Shown: positions 1 through 13,255, numbered from the stretch's first letter. The stretch: DNA of 56,677 nt from Octopus bimaculoides (GCF_001194135.2 NC_069002.1:12943571-13000247), one strand, 5' to 3'. Program-made: numbers and translations. Notes: generated by a model not told the origin, from the sequence alone.

Positions 1-21
1 GAGAGTGACAGGAGGAGGGGG

Positions 22-330
22 TTAGATGAAGAGGGGAGGGGAGTTGAGCCCATGTGGCGCAAAGGAGCGGAGGGAGAAGACCAATCCTTGTTCACGGCGC
101 AAACGGGAGTCCAGATGGCCCCTGTGCATGGACAATCCAAACACACAGGTGTTGCTGCAAGGAGTGGCCGGCAGAGCGGAAGTGGCGTGACACCGGGGTG
201 TCATTACCAACGTTGATGTCTCGGAGGTGTTCCGCGAATCGATATATATATATGATTGACTTGTTGAGTATGATATATGTATATCAGTGGCAACTCCGGC
301 ACTCAGGCTGTTCGGGCTTAGCCCAAGTAT
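22..330 (-). mobile_element. Penelope-like element, GIY-YIG endonuclease C-terminal remnant
   Basis: Two frames join as CRSCH...RFAEHLRDINVGNDTPVSRHFRSAGHSLQQHL/CVFGLSMHRGHLDSRLRREQGLVFSLRSFAPHGLN, matching the PLE endonuclease pattern (RF-EH, V-RHF, RE-IF-L---P-GLN). Confidence 0.65.
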
Positions 331-914
331 AAATTTAGTAAAGTGAACATGTATTTGCAAGCTGATTTAATTTCTGCCAACCACTGACTTCTAGTATGTA
401 ACTGCAGCCAGTAACTCAGGCTCCTTTTGCTGAGACTTGTTGCAGTTCATTTATTTTCATTCAGTGTCTGGCGGTTGTCTAAGAGGTGCCCTGTGTCAAA
501 AAATATCATTCGCAGCAGATGTTCTCTCGACATCGTTTACATGACCCCACACTGGGGTCGATGTAATCGACTTAATTCCTTTGTCTGTCCTTGTTTGTCC
601 CCTCTATGTTTAGCCCCTTGTGGGCAATAAAGAAATTAGGAAACTGAAAGAAGCCTGTCATATATATGTATATATATATGTGTATGCGTGTGTATATGTT
701 TGTGTGTCTGTGTGTCCCCAATCAACATTGCTTGACAGTTGATGGTGGTGTGTTTACGTCCCTGTAACTTAGCAGTTCGGCAAAAGAAACCGATAGAATA
801 AGCACTAGGCTTCCAAAGAATAAGTCCTGGGTTGATTTGCTCGACTAAAGGCGGTGTTCCAGCATGGCTGCAGTCAAATGACTGAAACATGTAAAAGTAA
901 AATTAAGTAAATAC

Positions 915-1086
915 ACATGATCACGAAAACACAAATTTCACAACTTGTGAAGTAAACACAATGATGTCACTCAGCACACTGGCTCATAGAGGTCGCTTCT
1001 AGCTCTTACTGTTCGCACAACCATGTGCTGCCCTCTGTTGGCATGCTTCAGAACTAGTCTGGGAACTTTTTGATACTACCTCGTAG
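915..1086 (-). mobile_element. mariner-like terminal fragment
   Basis: Minus strand begins TACGAGGTAGTATCAAAAAGTTCCCAGACT, a mariner-type TIR. No partner end seen. Confidence 0.4.
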
Positions 1087-1686
1087 GTCAATGATGCCAA
1101 ATTGAAATTGCTCGAAACTGTTAACAATTCCATCGTACGTGTATGTAAAGGTGTTGCTTGTATATGTATGTGTTTGCATGTATGTGTGTTTGTTTATATA
1201 TGTGTGTGTTTGTTTGTACATGTGTGTGTGTGTTTGTATGTGTGTGTTTATGCTTACTGGTGTAAAACTGGTACTGTGCCAAAAAAAAAAGGAAGAAAAT
1301 AAGAAGCTTAACTTAGTGATTCAATAAATACAGAGTGACATAATTGATAAAAACTCAAGACAGTCTTCCAGGTGTGGTTGCTGTCTGCTTCCAATCACAT
1401 GGTTCCAAGTTCAGTCCCACTGCATGGCACCTCGGACTAATTCATTCTATTATAGCTTCAGATGATTTGGTAGACAGAAGCTGAAAGAAGTGTGTGTGTG
1501 TGCATTTGACCATCACCACCTCATGATAACTGGTACTGGTGTGTTTACATCCCTGTAACTTAGTGGTTCAGCAAAAGAACCCAAAAGAATAAGTACCAGG
1601 CTTAGGAAAAAAATAAAGAAATACTCGGGTTGATTCATTCGAGTAAACTTCTTCAAAGCAGTGCCCCATAAAAAAAATAAGATATG

Positions 1687-1905
1687 TGACGGGGCTGCTG
1701 AAAAGTTCCTGGCTTTAAGGGTATTGTGAAAGGTCTGATTGGAGGCCCAACCCTCCGTGTCCTTTTTAAAGGGCTTAGAAAAACTAAAGGACCACTGCAA
1801 TGAATATGTGAATCAGGGTAGTGAATATGCTGAATAAAATCATAACCAACTGATCCTCCTGTATTTTCTTTTACTCAAAGTCAGGAACTTTTCAGCAACA
1901 CCTTG
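1687..1905 (+). mobile_element. mariner-derived MITE
   Basis: TIR ...GCTGAAAAGTTCCTGGCTTT / AAAGTCAGGAACTTTTCAGC...; same family as 36870 and 48482. Confidence 0.75.
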
Positions 1906-2370
1906 TGTATGTATAAAATACACAGACACAGAAATACACACACACATATATATATACATACATACATATATATATACATATATNNNNNNNNNNNNNNNNN
2001 NNNNNNNNNNNNNNNNNNNNNNNNNNNNNNNNNNNNNNNNNNNNNNNNNNNNNNNNNNNNNNNNNNNNNNNNNNNNNNNNNNNTATATATATATATATAT
2101 ATATATATATGCATATATATATGTTTATATATACATATATATATATATATATGTTTATATATTTTTATTGGCTAAACTGGCAACATGACCATCCCCGACA
2201 ATTGCATTCCATAGTTCTGTACTTTTGATGTAGTAAAAGTATTCCATACTTGTAAAACAAGTAAAAGGATGGCAACAAGAAGAGTATCCGGCCAATGTAC
2301 TCTTCTGACCAATGTCAGCATAGGAAAATGGATGTAAAATGAATAAACACTCCAGCAGATATCTGTTATG

Positions 2371-2401
<31 letters not shown>

Positions 2402-2754
2402 ACACACAAACATATACCGATAAAATCCACACATGCATATATGTATATAGATAGGGAAAAAGAGGGAGAGGGGAGAGAAAAAGAGAGTGAAAGAAAGAGT
2501 GAGAGAACCCCCCCCNNNNNNNNNNNNNNNNNNNNNNNNNNNNNNNCCCGCCTTCCACACACACACATACACAAATACACGCCCAATAGCAGTAGTAGAA
2601 GATCAAATGGTTAAGTCCATCTAAGCTGTACAGATATAAAGCAGGTGTTTGTGTCAGCCAGCTACTGGCCTAAATCTGCTCAAATGAACTAATGTTGCAC
2701 AGTCAGCTGATCATATAGAGCAGTGTTTTTGAGGTTTCCAGCTGGGACCACATA

Positions 2755-3190
2755 GCAATGGTGATGATGATGATGATGATGATGAGGAGGAGGAGGAGGA
2801 TGGCAATGAAGATGATAAGGACGATAATGAAGATAATGTGAACAGAAGGGATGATGATGACGATAATGAAAGTACTAACGATAACGGCAACGATGACTAT
2901 AAAGATATGATGGTAAGGAAATTGATGATAATGTTGATGAAAAGGATAATGATGCTGATGATGATGGCAGTAATTAATGATGATGATAAAAGTATTGATG
3001 ATGCTGACAACAGTGATGACAATGATATCGACAATTAGTGATGATGGTGATGGTGAAGTAATGATAGTTTTGATGATGATGATGATGATGGCTCTGATCA
3101 TGATAACGATGATGATAATATTAAAGATGGTGATAGCATTAATAATAATGATGATGACAGCATTGATGACGGTGATAATGATATTATTAT
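2755..3190. repeat. Degenerate (GAT)n trinucleotide tract
   Basis: Direct inspection. Similar tract at 32905-33075. Confidence 0.9.
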
Positions 3191-3392
3191 TGCTCTTTAC
3201 TCTTTTATTTGTTTCTGTCATTTGACTGCGGCCATGTTGGAGCACCGCCTTTAGTCGAGCAAATCGACCCCGGGACTTATTCTTTGTAAGCCTAGTACTT
3301 ATTCTATCGGTCTCTTTTGCCGAACCGCTAAGTTACGGGGACGTAAACACACCACCATTGGTTGTCAAGCGATGTTCGGGAGACAAACACAG

Positions 3393-3449
<57 letters not shown>

Positions 3450-3565
3450 TACGACAGGCTTCTTTCAGTTTCCGTCTACCAAATCCACTCACAAGGCTTT
3501 GGTCGGCCCGAGGCTATAGTAGAAGACACTTGCCCAAGGTGCCACGCAGTGGGAATGGACCCAGT
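3191..3565 (-). mobile_element. SINE family 1, head-truncated
   Basis: Reverse complement of the family body; stops at the B box. Confidence 0.85.
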
Positions 3566-4158
3566 GGTGTTAATAAGCTTTATTCCTAACAATACCAGCA
3601 ACCGTATGGTTTCTGGTTTCAGACTCATTGTGCAGCACCTTGAAAAAATTGTCTCTTCTACCATTGTGTAAAAGATCAATCACAGTCTTTGGAAGACAGA
3701 AACTCTGACTAAAAGACAGTTTCTGTTTAGCGGGACACGGGGTAGACTTAATCTTCTGCTCCCACCCGGTTTTAAAATCACCTTCACCACCATCATCACA
3801 ACAACCACTAGCACCACTTACCCACCGAGTCTCCTTTAGCAGGGGTCCTCAGTTTAAATTCCCTCCCTCCCTTCCACCAGTCTTGCAGGCCCTGAGAAAG
3901 ATTACAGAGGTAGCATTTACATATCTGATAAAGTCATTTAAAAACAAAATATTTAATGATGATGATGATGGTGGTGGTGGTGGTGGTGGTCAAAGTGATC
4001 GATACAATAGAGATTGTGTGATGATGATAATACTAAATAGTCGTGGATGTAAACAAATCCTATCATGGATTAAGGTTGTTAGTACGAAGGATTTAAGGTG
4101 AAATATAAACTTGATCTTCCTTTGAATATTTCATTTTTCACTTTTGTACATACACTCA

Positions 4159-4192
<34 letters not shown>

Positions 4193-4229
4193 CATATGTA
4201 TAGCAAAAGGAGAAGCACAAAGGAAGAGG

Positions 4230-4625
4230 TTTTGCCAATGTTCTGTAGTGTGAGCATCAAAGACATGAGATACTCTGGATTACAAGACAGTGTATCAGAG
4301 GGAATTGAGATGCGAGTGAGAAGTGTGTACAGACAGACAATGGTAGACTTGCACTTAGTGATTCTGAAAAGAAAGACGCCTGGAAGCGTTACTATGAAAG
4401 GCTTATTAAGTGGGAGAAATGCATGGCAGAAAGAGGGTCGTCCTAACATGGACCCAACAGAGGGAGCAGCTACCCTAGTTGGCAGCAGTATGATAGATAA
4501 AGCAACTGAGGATATGAAGGGAAGGAAAGCCCTGGTCTGTCAGGAATCACCATTGAGATACTTCAGATATCCAGTGGAGTAGGTTATGCCTTAGTCACCC
4601 GTAGAGTAAATCAGGTTGTGTAATA
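4230..4625 (+). mobile_element. RTE-clade LINE remnant (pre-RT region)
   Basis: KKDAWKRYYERL...PNMDPTEGAATLVGSSMIDKATEDMK, frameshifted. Confidence 0.6.
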
Positions 4626-4949
4626 AGTTGGGGTCAGGAAATTGACAACACAGTAAAGTGAATAACATACATGCATACCCAAACAACTACAGATACACAC
4701 ACACACACACTACAGATATATACAAATGCACTCAAACACACCCATTACAGGTACAAACACATACAAACTACAACTGCATACACACACACACACACTCAGG
4801 CATTACAGGTACAGACTAGAGATAATATGAATGGCAGATGCACACACACACAACCCAATTGCACTAGAATCACAACCTATACATGCTGTTTGAGCAGATT
4901 TGGTGTGTGAATAAACAACAACTATAATGACATATATATCTACATCACA

Positions 4950-5900
4950 CATTCAGATCAAATCACATGACAGTTAATTCATGTCACATGATGCATTACA
5001 CGCTTCAGCTACATCACATCACCCGACATGGTTGTATAACATCACATAACATAGTTACATAAGATCACATGACACAGCTACATCATGTCACATGTTACAG
5101 CTATGTCATCTCTGATTATGCAGTTATATCATATCACATGATACAGTTACATTATGTTACATGACACAGCTATGTCACTCCACATGACACAGTTACATCA
5201 CATCGCTATTCGATTATACCACATCACCTGACAGCGCTACATCACACCACACAAATAACAGCTACACCATGTCAAATGATACAGCTATATCACATCTCGG
5301 TGGAGGCGCAATGGCCCAGTGGTTAGGGCAGCAGACTCGCGGTCATAGGATCACGGTTTCGATTCCCAGACTGGGCGTTGTGAGTGTTTATTGAGCGAAA
5401 ACACCTAAAGCTCCACGAGGCTCCGGCAGGGGATGGTGGCGAACCCTGCTGTACTCTTTCACCACAACTTTCTCTCACTCTTACTTCCTGTTTCTGTTGT
5501 GCCTGTAATTCAAAGGGCCAGCCTTGTCACTCTGTGTCACGCTGAATATCCCTGAGAACTATGTTAAGGGTACATGTATGTGTGTGGAGCGACAGAGTGC
5601 CAACAACAGCTATATCACATCTCACAATGCAGTTACATCACATCACATGATGCAGTTATGCCACGTCACATGACAGCTATGTCATGTCACACAATACAGT
5701 GACATCATATCAAATGATAGAATTATATCACATCTTATGATACAGTTATGCCACGTCACATGACAAAGCTATGTCATGTCACACAATACAGTGACATGTC
5801 AAATGATACAGCTACATCACATCGCATATCTCACAACAAATCATATTACTTGTCACATAGAACACAACACATCCACATCATATCATATGGCATAATGGAT
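4950..5900. repeat. Degenerate ~21-bp minisatellite (CACATGACACAGCTACATCAT-like) interrupted by a SINE
   Basis: Recurrent CACATGA..CAG(C/T)TA units; ~55-bp higher-order duplication at about 5650 and 5740. Confidence 0.75.
5299..5605 (+). mobile_element. SINE family 3 (tRNA-Arg-like head, (CAA)n tail), internally deleted, 18-bp TSD
   Basis: TGGCCCAGTGG A box and GGTTTCGATTCC B box. ACAGCTATATCACATCTC at 5281-98 and 5606-23. Confidence 0.85.
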
Positions 5901-7251
5901 ATCGCCTAACACATGGGGTAAACGCAAATTGTCATATGATACATGTACATCAGCTCGCTCACACATAAACGCACAATATCACCATCACACAACATGTCTT
6001 CTGTCAGCCCTGTTAGCTCACGACAAGTGGCTTACCTTCATCCCTCACAATTACACAATGTATTTCCTGACATCAGCAATCATATATGCGCAGGGTGTGA
6101 GACATTGATGCAGGGGAAAATAAACATGTGTGTGTGTGTGTGTGTATGCATGCATGCACGCGTGTGTAGGGCTCATTTGAAACAAGACTGAACAGGCATC
6201 AACAAGTGTCTGATGGCTTAAGACAACATGCCCCACCCTACCTCGACATGTTATAGTAGTATTAATATTAATATTGTGGGGGGCGAGTTGGGCTTTGTTT
6301 CATCAGTAGCCAATCACCTGACAAAACAATTAGAGCAAAAGAAGTAGGAATGAAGGTGGATGGACGGGTGAGGGGGGGGGGCAACAAAGACGCCTTTTGT
6401 TTACAACCTTCTTAACAAAACTAAGCAGCATTGTCTTTTCACATGACAAGGTGAGCAATCTGCTGAATTACAAGNNNNNNNNNNNNNNNNNNNNNNNNNN
6501 NNNNNNNNNNNNNNNNNNNNNNNNNNNNNNNNNNNNNNNNNNNNNNNNNNNNNNNNNNNNNNNNNNNNNNNNNNNNNNNNNNNNNNNNNNNNNNNNNNNN
6601 NNNNNNNNNNNNNNNNNNNNNNNNNNNNNNNNNNNNNNNNNNNNNNNNNNNNNNNNNNNNNNNNNNNNNNNNNNNNNNNNNNNNNNNNNNNNNNNNNNNN
6701 NNNNNNNNNNNNNNNNNNNNNNNNNNNNNNNNNNNNNNNNNNNNNNNNNNNNNNNNNNNNNNNNNNNNNNNNNNNNNNNNNNNNNNNNNNNNNNNNNNNN
6801 NNNNNNNNNNNNNNNNNNNNNNNNNNNNNNNNNNNNNNNNNNNNNNNNNNNNNNNNNNNNNNNNNNNNNNNNNNNNNNNNNNNNNNNNNNNNNNNNNNNN
6901 NNNNNNNNNNNNNNNNNNNNNNNNNNNNNNNNNNNNNNNNNNNNNNNNNNNNNNNNNNNNNNNNNNNNNNNNNNNNNNNNNNNNNNNNNNNNNNNNNNNN
7001 NNNNNNNNNNNNNNNNNNNNNNNNNNNNNNNNNNNNNNNNNNNNNNNNNNNNNNNNNNNNNNNNNNNNNNNNNNNNNNNNNNNNNNNNNNNNNNNNNNNN
7101 NNNNNNNNNNNNNNNNNNNNNNNNNNNNNNNNNNNNNNNNNNNNNNNNNNNNNNNNNNNNNNNNNNNNNNNNNNNNNNNNNNNNNNNNNNNNNNNNNNNN
7201 NNNNNNNNNNNNNNNNNNNNNNNNNNNNNNNNNNNNNNNNNNNNNNNNNNN

Positions 7252-7286
<35 letters not shown>

Positions 7287-7802
7287 ATGTGTGTGTTTGT
7301 GTGTCTGTGTTTGTCCCCCCACCATTCTTTGACAACCGATGCTGGTGTGTTTACAACCCCGTAACCTAGCGGTAGAGCAAAATGAGACCGATAGAATAAG
7401 TACTAGGCTTCCAAAGAATAAGTCCTGGGGTCGATTTGCTCGACTAAATGCGGTGCTCCAGCATGGCCGCAGTCAAATGACTGAAACAAGTAAAAGAGTA
7501 AAGAGTAAAGAGTATGCAGGGCAAAATGCTTTGCAGCATTTCATTTGTCTTTACATTCTGAGTTCAAATTCTGCCGAGGTCAACTTTGCCTTTTATCCTT
7601 TCAGGGTCGATAACATGACTACCAGTTGAGCACTGGGGGATTGATGTAATTGACTTATTCTTCCCACCAAATTGCTGGCCTTGCATCAAAATTTGAAAGT
7701 AATATTTTAAAAAAGAGGTGGATGCACAACAATGCGGTTTACTACAAAGATATAAAGGCATCCACAAGTTCCAGGTTCAATCTCATGACATGGCACCTTG
7801 GG

Positions 7803-8400
7803 CAAGAGGCTGAGTTATATAAAGGAGTCAAGTTATATTATTGAGTTGTATTAAGAGGCTGAGTTACATGAAGGGGTCGAGTTATATTAAGGGGTTGAAT
7901 TATATTTAGGTTTTCTAAAAATCCTGACATTTTCAAGTTAGTTTCAAAAGCTCAGCACATACCTATAGATCATATAGGTCCACCTAGAATTGGTGAGCAT
8001 GAAGCAGCAGACATTTTTATGTGTCTTGTGTAGAGAATATGAAGTGAAGGTCCAGTTATATTATTGAGTGGCTAAGTTATATCGAGGAGTTAAGTAATAT
8101 TCAGGGGTTGAGATATATTCAGCGGTCAAGTTATATTCAGCAGTCGAGTTATATAAAGGGGTTGAGTTATATAAAGGGGTCCAGTTGAGCCTGATGTAGC
8201 CATCTGGTTCACCAGTCTTCAGTCAAATCGTCCAACCCATGCTAGCATGGAAAGTGGACGTTAAACGATGATGATGATATATAAAGGGGTAGAATTACAT
8301 TTGAGGATCGAATCAAGAGGCTGAGTTATATGAAGGGATCAAGTTATATTAAGGGGTCAAGTTATATTAAGGGGTTGAGTTGTATTAAAGGGTCAAGTTA
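7803..8400. repeat. 18-bp minisatellite (CAAGTTATATTAAGGGGT-like), interrupted
   Basis: Clear units at 8340-8398; broken by unique sequence and an RTE tail. Confidence 0.75.
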
Positions 8401-8949
8401 AGCGTAGTAGAAAACACTTGCCCAAGGTGCCATGCCATGGGACTGAACCTGGAACCATGTGGTTGGGAAGCAAACTTCTTACTACACAGCCACACCTGTA
8501 GATTGTGTGTGGTGTATTTATTACATTATATTGTGGTTTGTGGGTTGTGATATACTATTGGATATTGGTTACGTGGATATCGNNNNNNNNNNGTGTAGCT
8601 TCCATTATTATATAATTGAGTATTGATTATGTGAATTACATGGATTGCATCATATAATAATGTATTGATTAGAGATTGATGTGGAGTGAGAGCTATACAA
8701 TAATTATCAGTTGTGAAGTGTATGGCATGTGCTATATTCATTGTAATGGAATTGTGTTCAGTAGGAACGGTGAGGGTGGTGTTGTATTATCAAGAGATTA
8801 TGTGAAGCATTTAGTGTCAGCTGTATTAAATTATAGCGTACTGATTGTGCAGAGCAAGCTATTGAGTCTTGCAGTGGCTGTAAGCTGTGTCTACCCAGGG
8901 TTACTATTGTAATAATCATTATTATTATCATTATTATAATTATTATTAA

Positions 8950-9241
8950 GGCAGTGAGCGGGCAGACTCGTTAGCATGCTAGGCAAAATGCTTAGCGGCA
9001 TTTCATCCGACCTCGTGTTCTGAGTTCAAATTCCACCAAGGTCAACTTTGCCTTTCATCCTTTCAGGGCCAATACAATAAGTACCAGTTGAACACTGGGG
9101 TTGATGTAATTGAATCATCTCCTCCCCCAAAATTGCTGCGCTTGTGGCAAAATTTGAAACTATTATCATCATCATCATTATTATTTTTCGTTTGTGTATT
9201 TCGTGTGCAAGATTCTTGATGTGGATACGTGTGTTTAATTG

Positions 9242-9282
<41 letters not shown>

Positions 9283-9480
9283 GGGCAGTGAGCTGGCAGA
9301 ATCGTTAGCATGCCAGGCAAAATGCTTAGTGGTATTTTGCCTGTTATGTTATGTTCTGAATTCAAATTTCGCCGAGGTCGACTTTGCTTTTCATCCTTTT
9401 GGGGGTCGATAAATTAAGAACCGGTGAAACACTAGTCCCTTCCCCCACAATTTCAGGCCTTGTACCTATAGTAGAAAGGA
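8950..9480 (+). mobile_element. SINE family 2, two copies in (ATT)n context
   Basis: GGCAGTGAGCTGGCAGAATCGTTAGC head; TTCTGAGTTCAAATTC B box; GGTCGACTTTGCCTTTCATCCTTTCGGGGTCGATAAA central domain; ATT tail. More copies at about 7515-7700, 10155-10460, 11590-11940, 39925-40090(-), 40120-40545, 44097-44290, 45088-45240. Confidence 0.85.
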
Positions 9481-9529
9481 TTATTATTATTATTATTATT
9501 ATTATCATTATTATTAATGGTGAGCTGGT

Positions 9530-9695
9530 TTCTTCATATTGGTATTTACGGCATGAGAAGAGCCAATGAAGATACACACACATTTTATCGTGGTGGTGCT
9601 TGTATTCTTTTTGTGCAAGGCCCTCACATCCACTTACCAAATGGGTCACATTTTCCACACTCTTTCCACAGAGTCTGCATTTCTGAGTGTCAGAA
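9530..9695 (-). mobile_element. R4/Dong-like LINE fragment, CCHC zinc knuckle
   Basis: KCRLCGKSVENVTHLVSGCEGLAQKEYKHHHDKMCVYLHWLFSCRKY; (ATT)n tracts on both sides. Confidence 0.75.
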
Positions 9696-9708
9696 GTTTT
9701 TATTATTA

Positions 9709-9746
<38 letters not shown>

Positions 9747-10131
9747 GGAGGTGCAATGGCCCAGTGGTTAGGGCAGCGGACTTGTGGTCATAGGATCGCG
9801 GTTTCGATTCCCAGACCGGGCGTTGTGAGTGTTTATTGAGCGCAAACACCTAAAGCTCCACGAGGCTCCAGCAGGGGATGGTGGCGAACCCTGCTGTACT
9901 CTTCCACCACAACTTCCTCTCACTCTTTCTTCGTGTTTCTGTTGTGCCTGTATTTCAAAGGGTCAGCCTTGTCACACTCTGTGTCACGCTGAATATCCCC
10001 GAGAACTACGTTAAGGGTACACGTGTCTGTGGAGTGCTCAGCCACTTGCACGTTAATTTCACGAGCAGGCTGTTCCGTTGGTCGGATCAACTGGAACCCT
10101 CGTCGTCGTAAGCGACGGAGTGCCAACAACA
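9747..10131 (+). mobile_element. SINE family 3, full copy
   Basis: High identity to 21550-21934. Confidence 0.9.
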
Positions 10132-10725
10132 ATTTTTATTATTATTATTATTATGGCAAGCTGGCAGAACCATTAGCACACTGGACAAAATACTTAGTGG
10201 CATTTTGTCTGTCTTTACATTCTAAGTTCATATAGCACTGAGGTTGACTGTGCCTTTCATAATTTCAGGGGTGACAAAAAAAACTATCAGTTGATCACTA
10301 GAGTCAATGTAATTGTCTTACCTGCTCCCCTGAAATTGCTGGCCTTGTGCCTGAAGTAGAAAGGATTGGGAGCTGGCAGAGTCGTTAAAATGCAGCGCAA
10401 AATGCTCAGCGCCATTTTATCCATTTTGAGATCAGCTTCCACCAAGGTCAACTTTGAGAGGTTTAGAAGGTTAAAAAGAAAGGACAGAGTTGGTGTTGAG
10501 TTCTTTTTTGGACATAGTACTTAATTTTACTTATAAATTTGGTTGGCTCAGTGCTAAACTGGAAGACATTTGCCCGAGGTGGCATGCAGTGAGACTGAAC
10601 CTAAAACCACATAGTTGGGAAGCAAACTTCTTAACCACACAACCATGCCTACACCTTATTATTATTATTTATCATCATCATCATCATCATCATCATTATT
10701 ATTATTGTCATTATTATTATTATTG

Positions 10726-10755
<30 letters not shown>

Positions 10756-10757
<2 letters not shown>

Positions 10758-11313
10758 GAGTGAGAGAGCAGTGCATGCCATCAAAGTGACACTGGGGTAA
10801 AATATACGAAGCCCATTATACCCATCATGACCACCCGTCTGATAAGGGTACGCCAGACACATGCATCACAACCATATGTGCGCGACATGGTGATCTCATA
10901 TCAATATAAACAGCGCATGACCTCGCAAGTGGGGCCCAGTTAGAACTTTCTTCAGGTCGAGTAGCCCATCTCACTCAAAAGGTCCCTGAATAAGGTTTGT
11001 TTAAGGATGTTGAGCAAAACACCCATGTTTCCAAAGGTGAATTATTCAAACCCCAAAGAATTCCTCTCAACACATGGCTATGATGCTCCCCCACTACTTC
11101 TGCTCGTGATCAGAGATGCACATATCGTCAGCTACCAAGGGACATGCTCAACTGGTTACGGTCAAACAACTGACAAGCAAATCTGTGGTATTGAACAGAA
11201 TATTTGCTGTCGCCCATCTTTTATACCAAGACAAAACAATGTACATGATAACACTTCAAATCAATTAATATCAGAAACCATGAGAGCCACTGCCTGGTAC
11301 TACATCAGGGCAT

Positions 11314-11315
<2 letters not shown>
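10756..11315 (-). mobile_element. Non-coding ~560-bp interspersed repeat with (AAT)n tail, embedded in an ATT tract
   Basis: Minus strand starts GCCCTGATGTAGTACCAGGCAGTGG and ends CACTTTGATGGCATGCACTGCTCTCTCACTC(AAT)n. The same 3' end recurs at about 31555-31600. Confidence 0.6.
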
Positions 11316-11348
<33 letters not shown>

Positions 11349-12849
11349 ATTATTATTGTTATTATTATGTTTTGGTTTTGCTTTAATTTATATGAGCTGC
11401 ACCGGAGTCTCAACCAGAGACATCAAGGGACGACAAGGTTTTGCATCCGAAGATGTTAACAGATGAGGTGCCATTCAATTGGAAACACAGATGTCTGTGG
11501 GAGAAAAAAAAAAATAAACAAAAATCAGAGTGAGTAAGGCTGCATTTACATGGAGAGGAATTTATGTGCAATATGTGAAGTCTCCAAATGGTGAGCTGGC
11601 AGAATCATTAGCAGCATTTTTACCATCTTTATGTTCTGAGTTCAAAAACCAGTTGAGCATTTGGGGTCAATGTAATTGACTTACTCCTTCTCTTGAATTT
11701 GCTGGCCTTGTGCCAAAATTTGAAACCATAATTATTAAGGTGGCAGAATTATTAACACACCGGACAAAACTGTTGGTGGCATTTCGTCTGTCTCTTGTGT
11801 TCTGAGTTCAAATTCCACCAAGGTCAACTTCACTCTTCATTCCTTTGGGGGGGGGGGGGAGGTCCATAAAATAAAGTATCAGTCAAGTATTAGGGCCAAT
11901 TCAATTGACTTACCCCCAGCCCTAAAACTGCTGGCCTTGAACATTATTATCATTACTATTATCATCATCATCATCATCATCATTATTATCATTATTAAAG
12001 AAATAATTATCATCATCATCATCAATTTATTTTATTATTTGTTTTAATCAGAACAGATTAATTTACAGTTGACTGTTTTGCTTTGTTTTGTATTATTATT
12101 ATTATTATTATTTTTCCTGTCTTTTTTCTCACTAAAGCCAGATGAAAGTGATACAGATCTGTTTAAACTATAACAGTCTTTGTGTAATCCATACTTATCA
12201 CGGATTAAAAATTCTCTGCTAAGCTTAAGCTACATCATTCCACATAAATCAATCAGAAATCCACACATGTACCATATTAATTATTGCAGATTTCAAAAGA
12301 CTGCAGCAGCAGCAACACCACTACCACCACCAACAACACCACCACAGCAGCAGTGAGTCAATGAAAGAGCATCTGGATGGTCAGTTATTCAACCTGCTAG
12401 AAATAACAACCAAATTTCTGTCAAACCACAAACTCAATTCATCAGCATCAATTAATGTCTACTTTTCGGTGTGCATATATGATAGACTGTAAGTGAATTG
12501 AGAGAAAAAACTGGGTATACAAGGCATCAAATGTAGTGTGCAAGAGAGAACACTGCATGGTCATGTCATGTGTTTGAATGAAGACAGTTATATCAAGAGG
12601 TGCAGATCTTTAATTGTAGAGGGAACATGGAGTAAACCCAGCCCTTATGAGTTGGCATGATTTGAGAAGGTAACTTTTCTTTTTGCATGCACTTTCACCC
12701 ACCAACCATGAAACATTTAACTGCCAGGATGGAAAAAAAATAATAAATGACAATGAATTGTCATTATCATGACGATGATGGTATATTATATAATCACATA
12801 CCATAATCATATATTTTCAATTTGGTTTCCTCACCTATGGTCATGAATG

Positions 12850-13255
12850 TGTACAATTGCAAATAAAAGTGGCCAAAATGGGATTCTTCCAAAGAATCTC
12901 TGGAGTAACATCACTCAACAGGATGTATAGCTTGGAGATCAGGAGGTCTCTCCAGGTCAAACCACTACTTCTCCACATTGAGAGGTCACAGCTACAGTAC
13001 TCTGGACATTTGATCAGAATGTCACAGGAAAGAATCCCAAGACAGATTCTCCAAGCTGAGCAAACCAGCAGGAGACCTAGGGGACGACCAAGAAGGAGAT
13101 GGTTGGATAATATCCATAGACTTAGTTGGTCATGCTTTGGAATCCAGCCAGAAAGTCAAATGATGATTGTTTCTCACAGGAGAAGGGTGCCTAAGGACTC
13201 TAACCCCAAAACCCTTCTAGGATTAGTGAGCAGAGAAAATGGATGGATGGATATG
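12850..13255 (+). mobile_element. Rex3/Expander-like RTE LINE 3' end
   Basis: VKPLLLHIERSQLQYSGHLIRM...RRPRGRPRRRWLD followed by tail GAAAATGGATGGATGGAT. Confidence 0.75.

Noticed and set aside
2703-3245. Poly-Ile/Met/Asp ORFs, also 28396-29536, 32885-33115 and many IYIY/CVCV ORFs
   Set aside because: Translations of microsatellite or low-complexity DNA.
6397-7335. Long ORFs of 270-520 aa here and at 25551-27157, 41676-42353, 52850-53731
   Set aside because: They run through N gaps, where X codons hide stops.
8950-11940. Repeat-spacer-like pattern suggesting a CRISPR array
   Set aside because: Eukaryotic SINE copies and microsatellites; no constant-length direct repeats and no cas genes.
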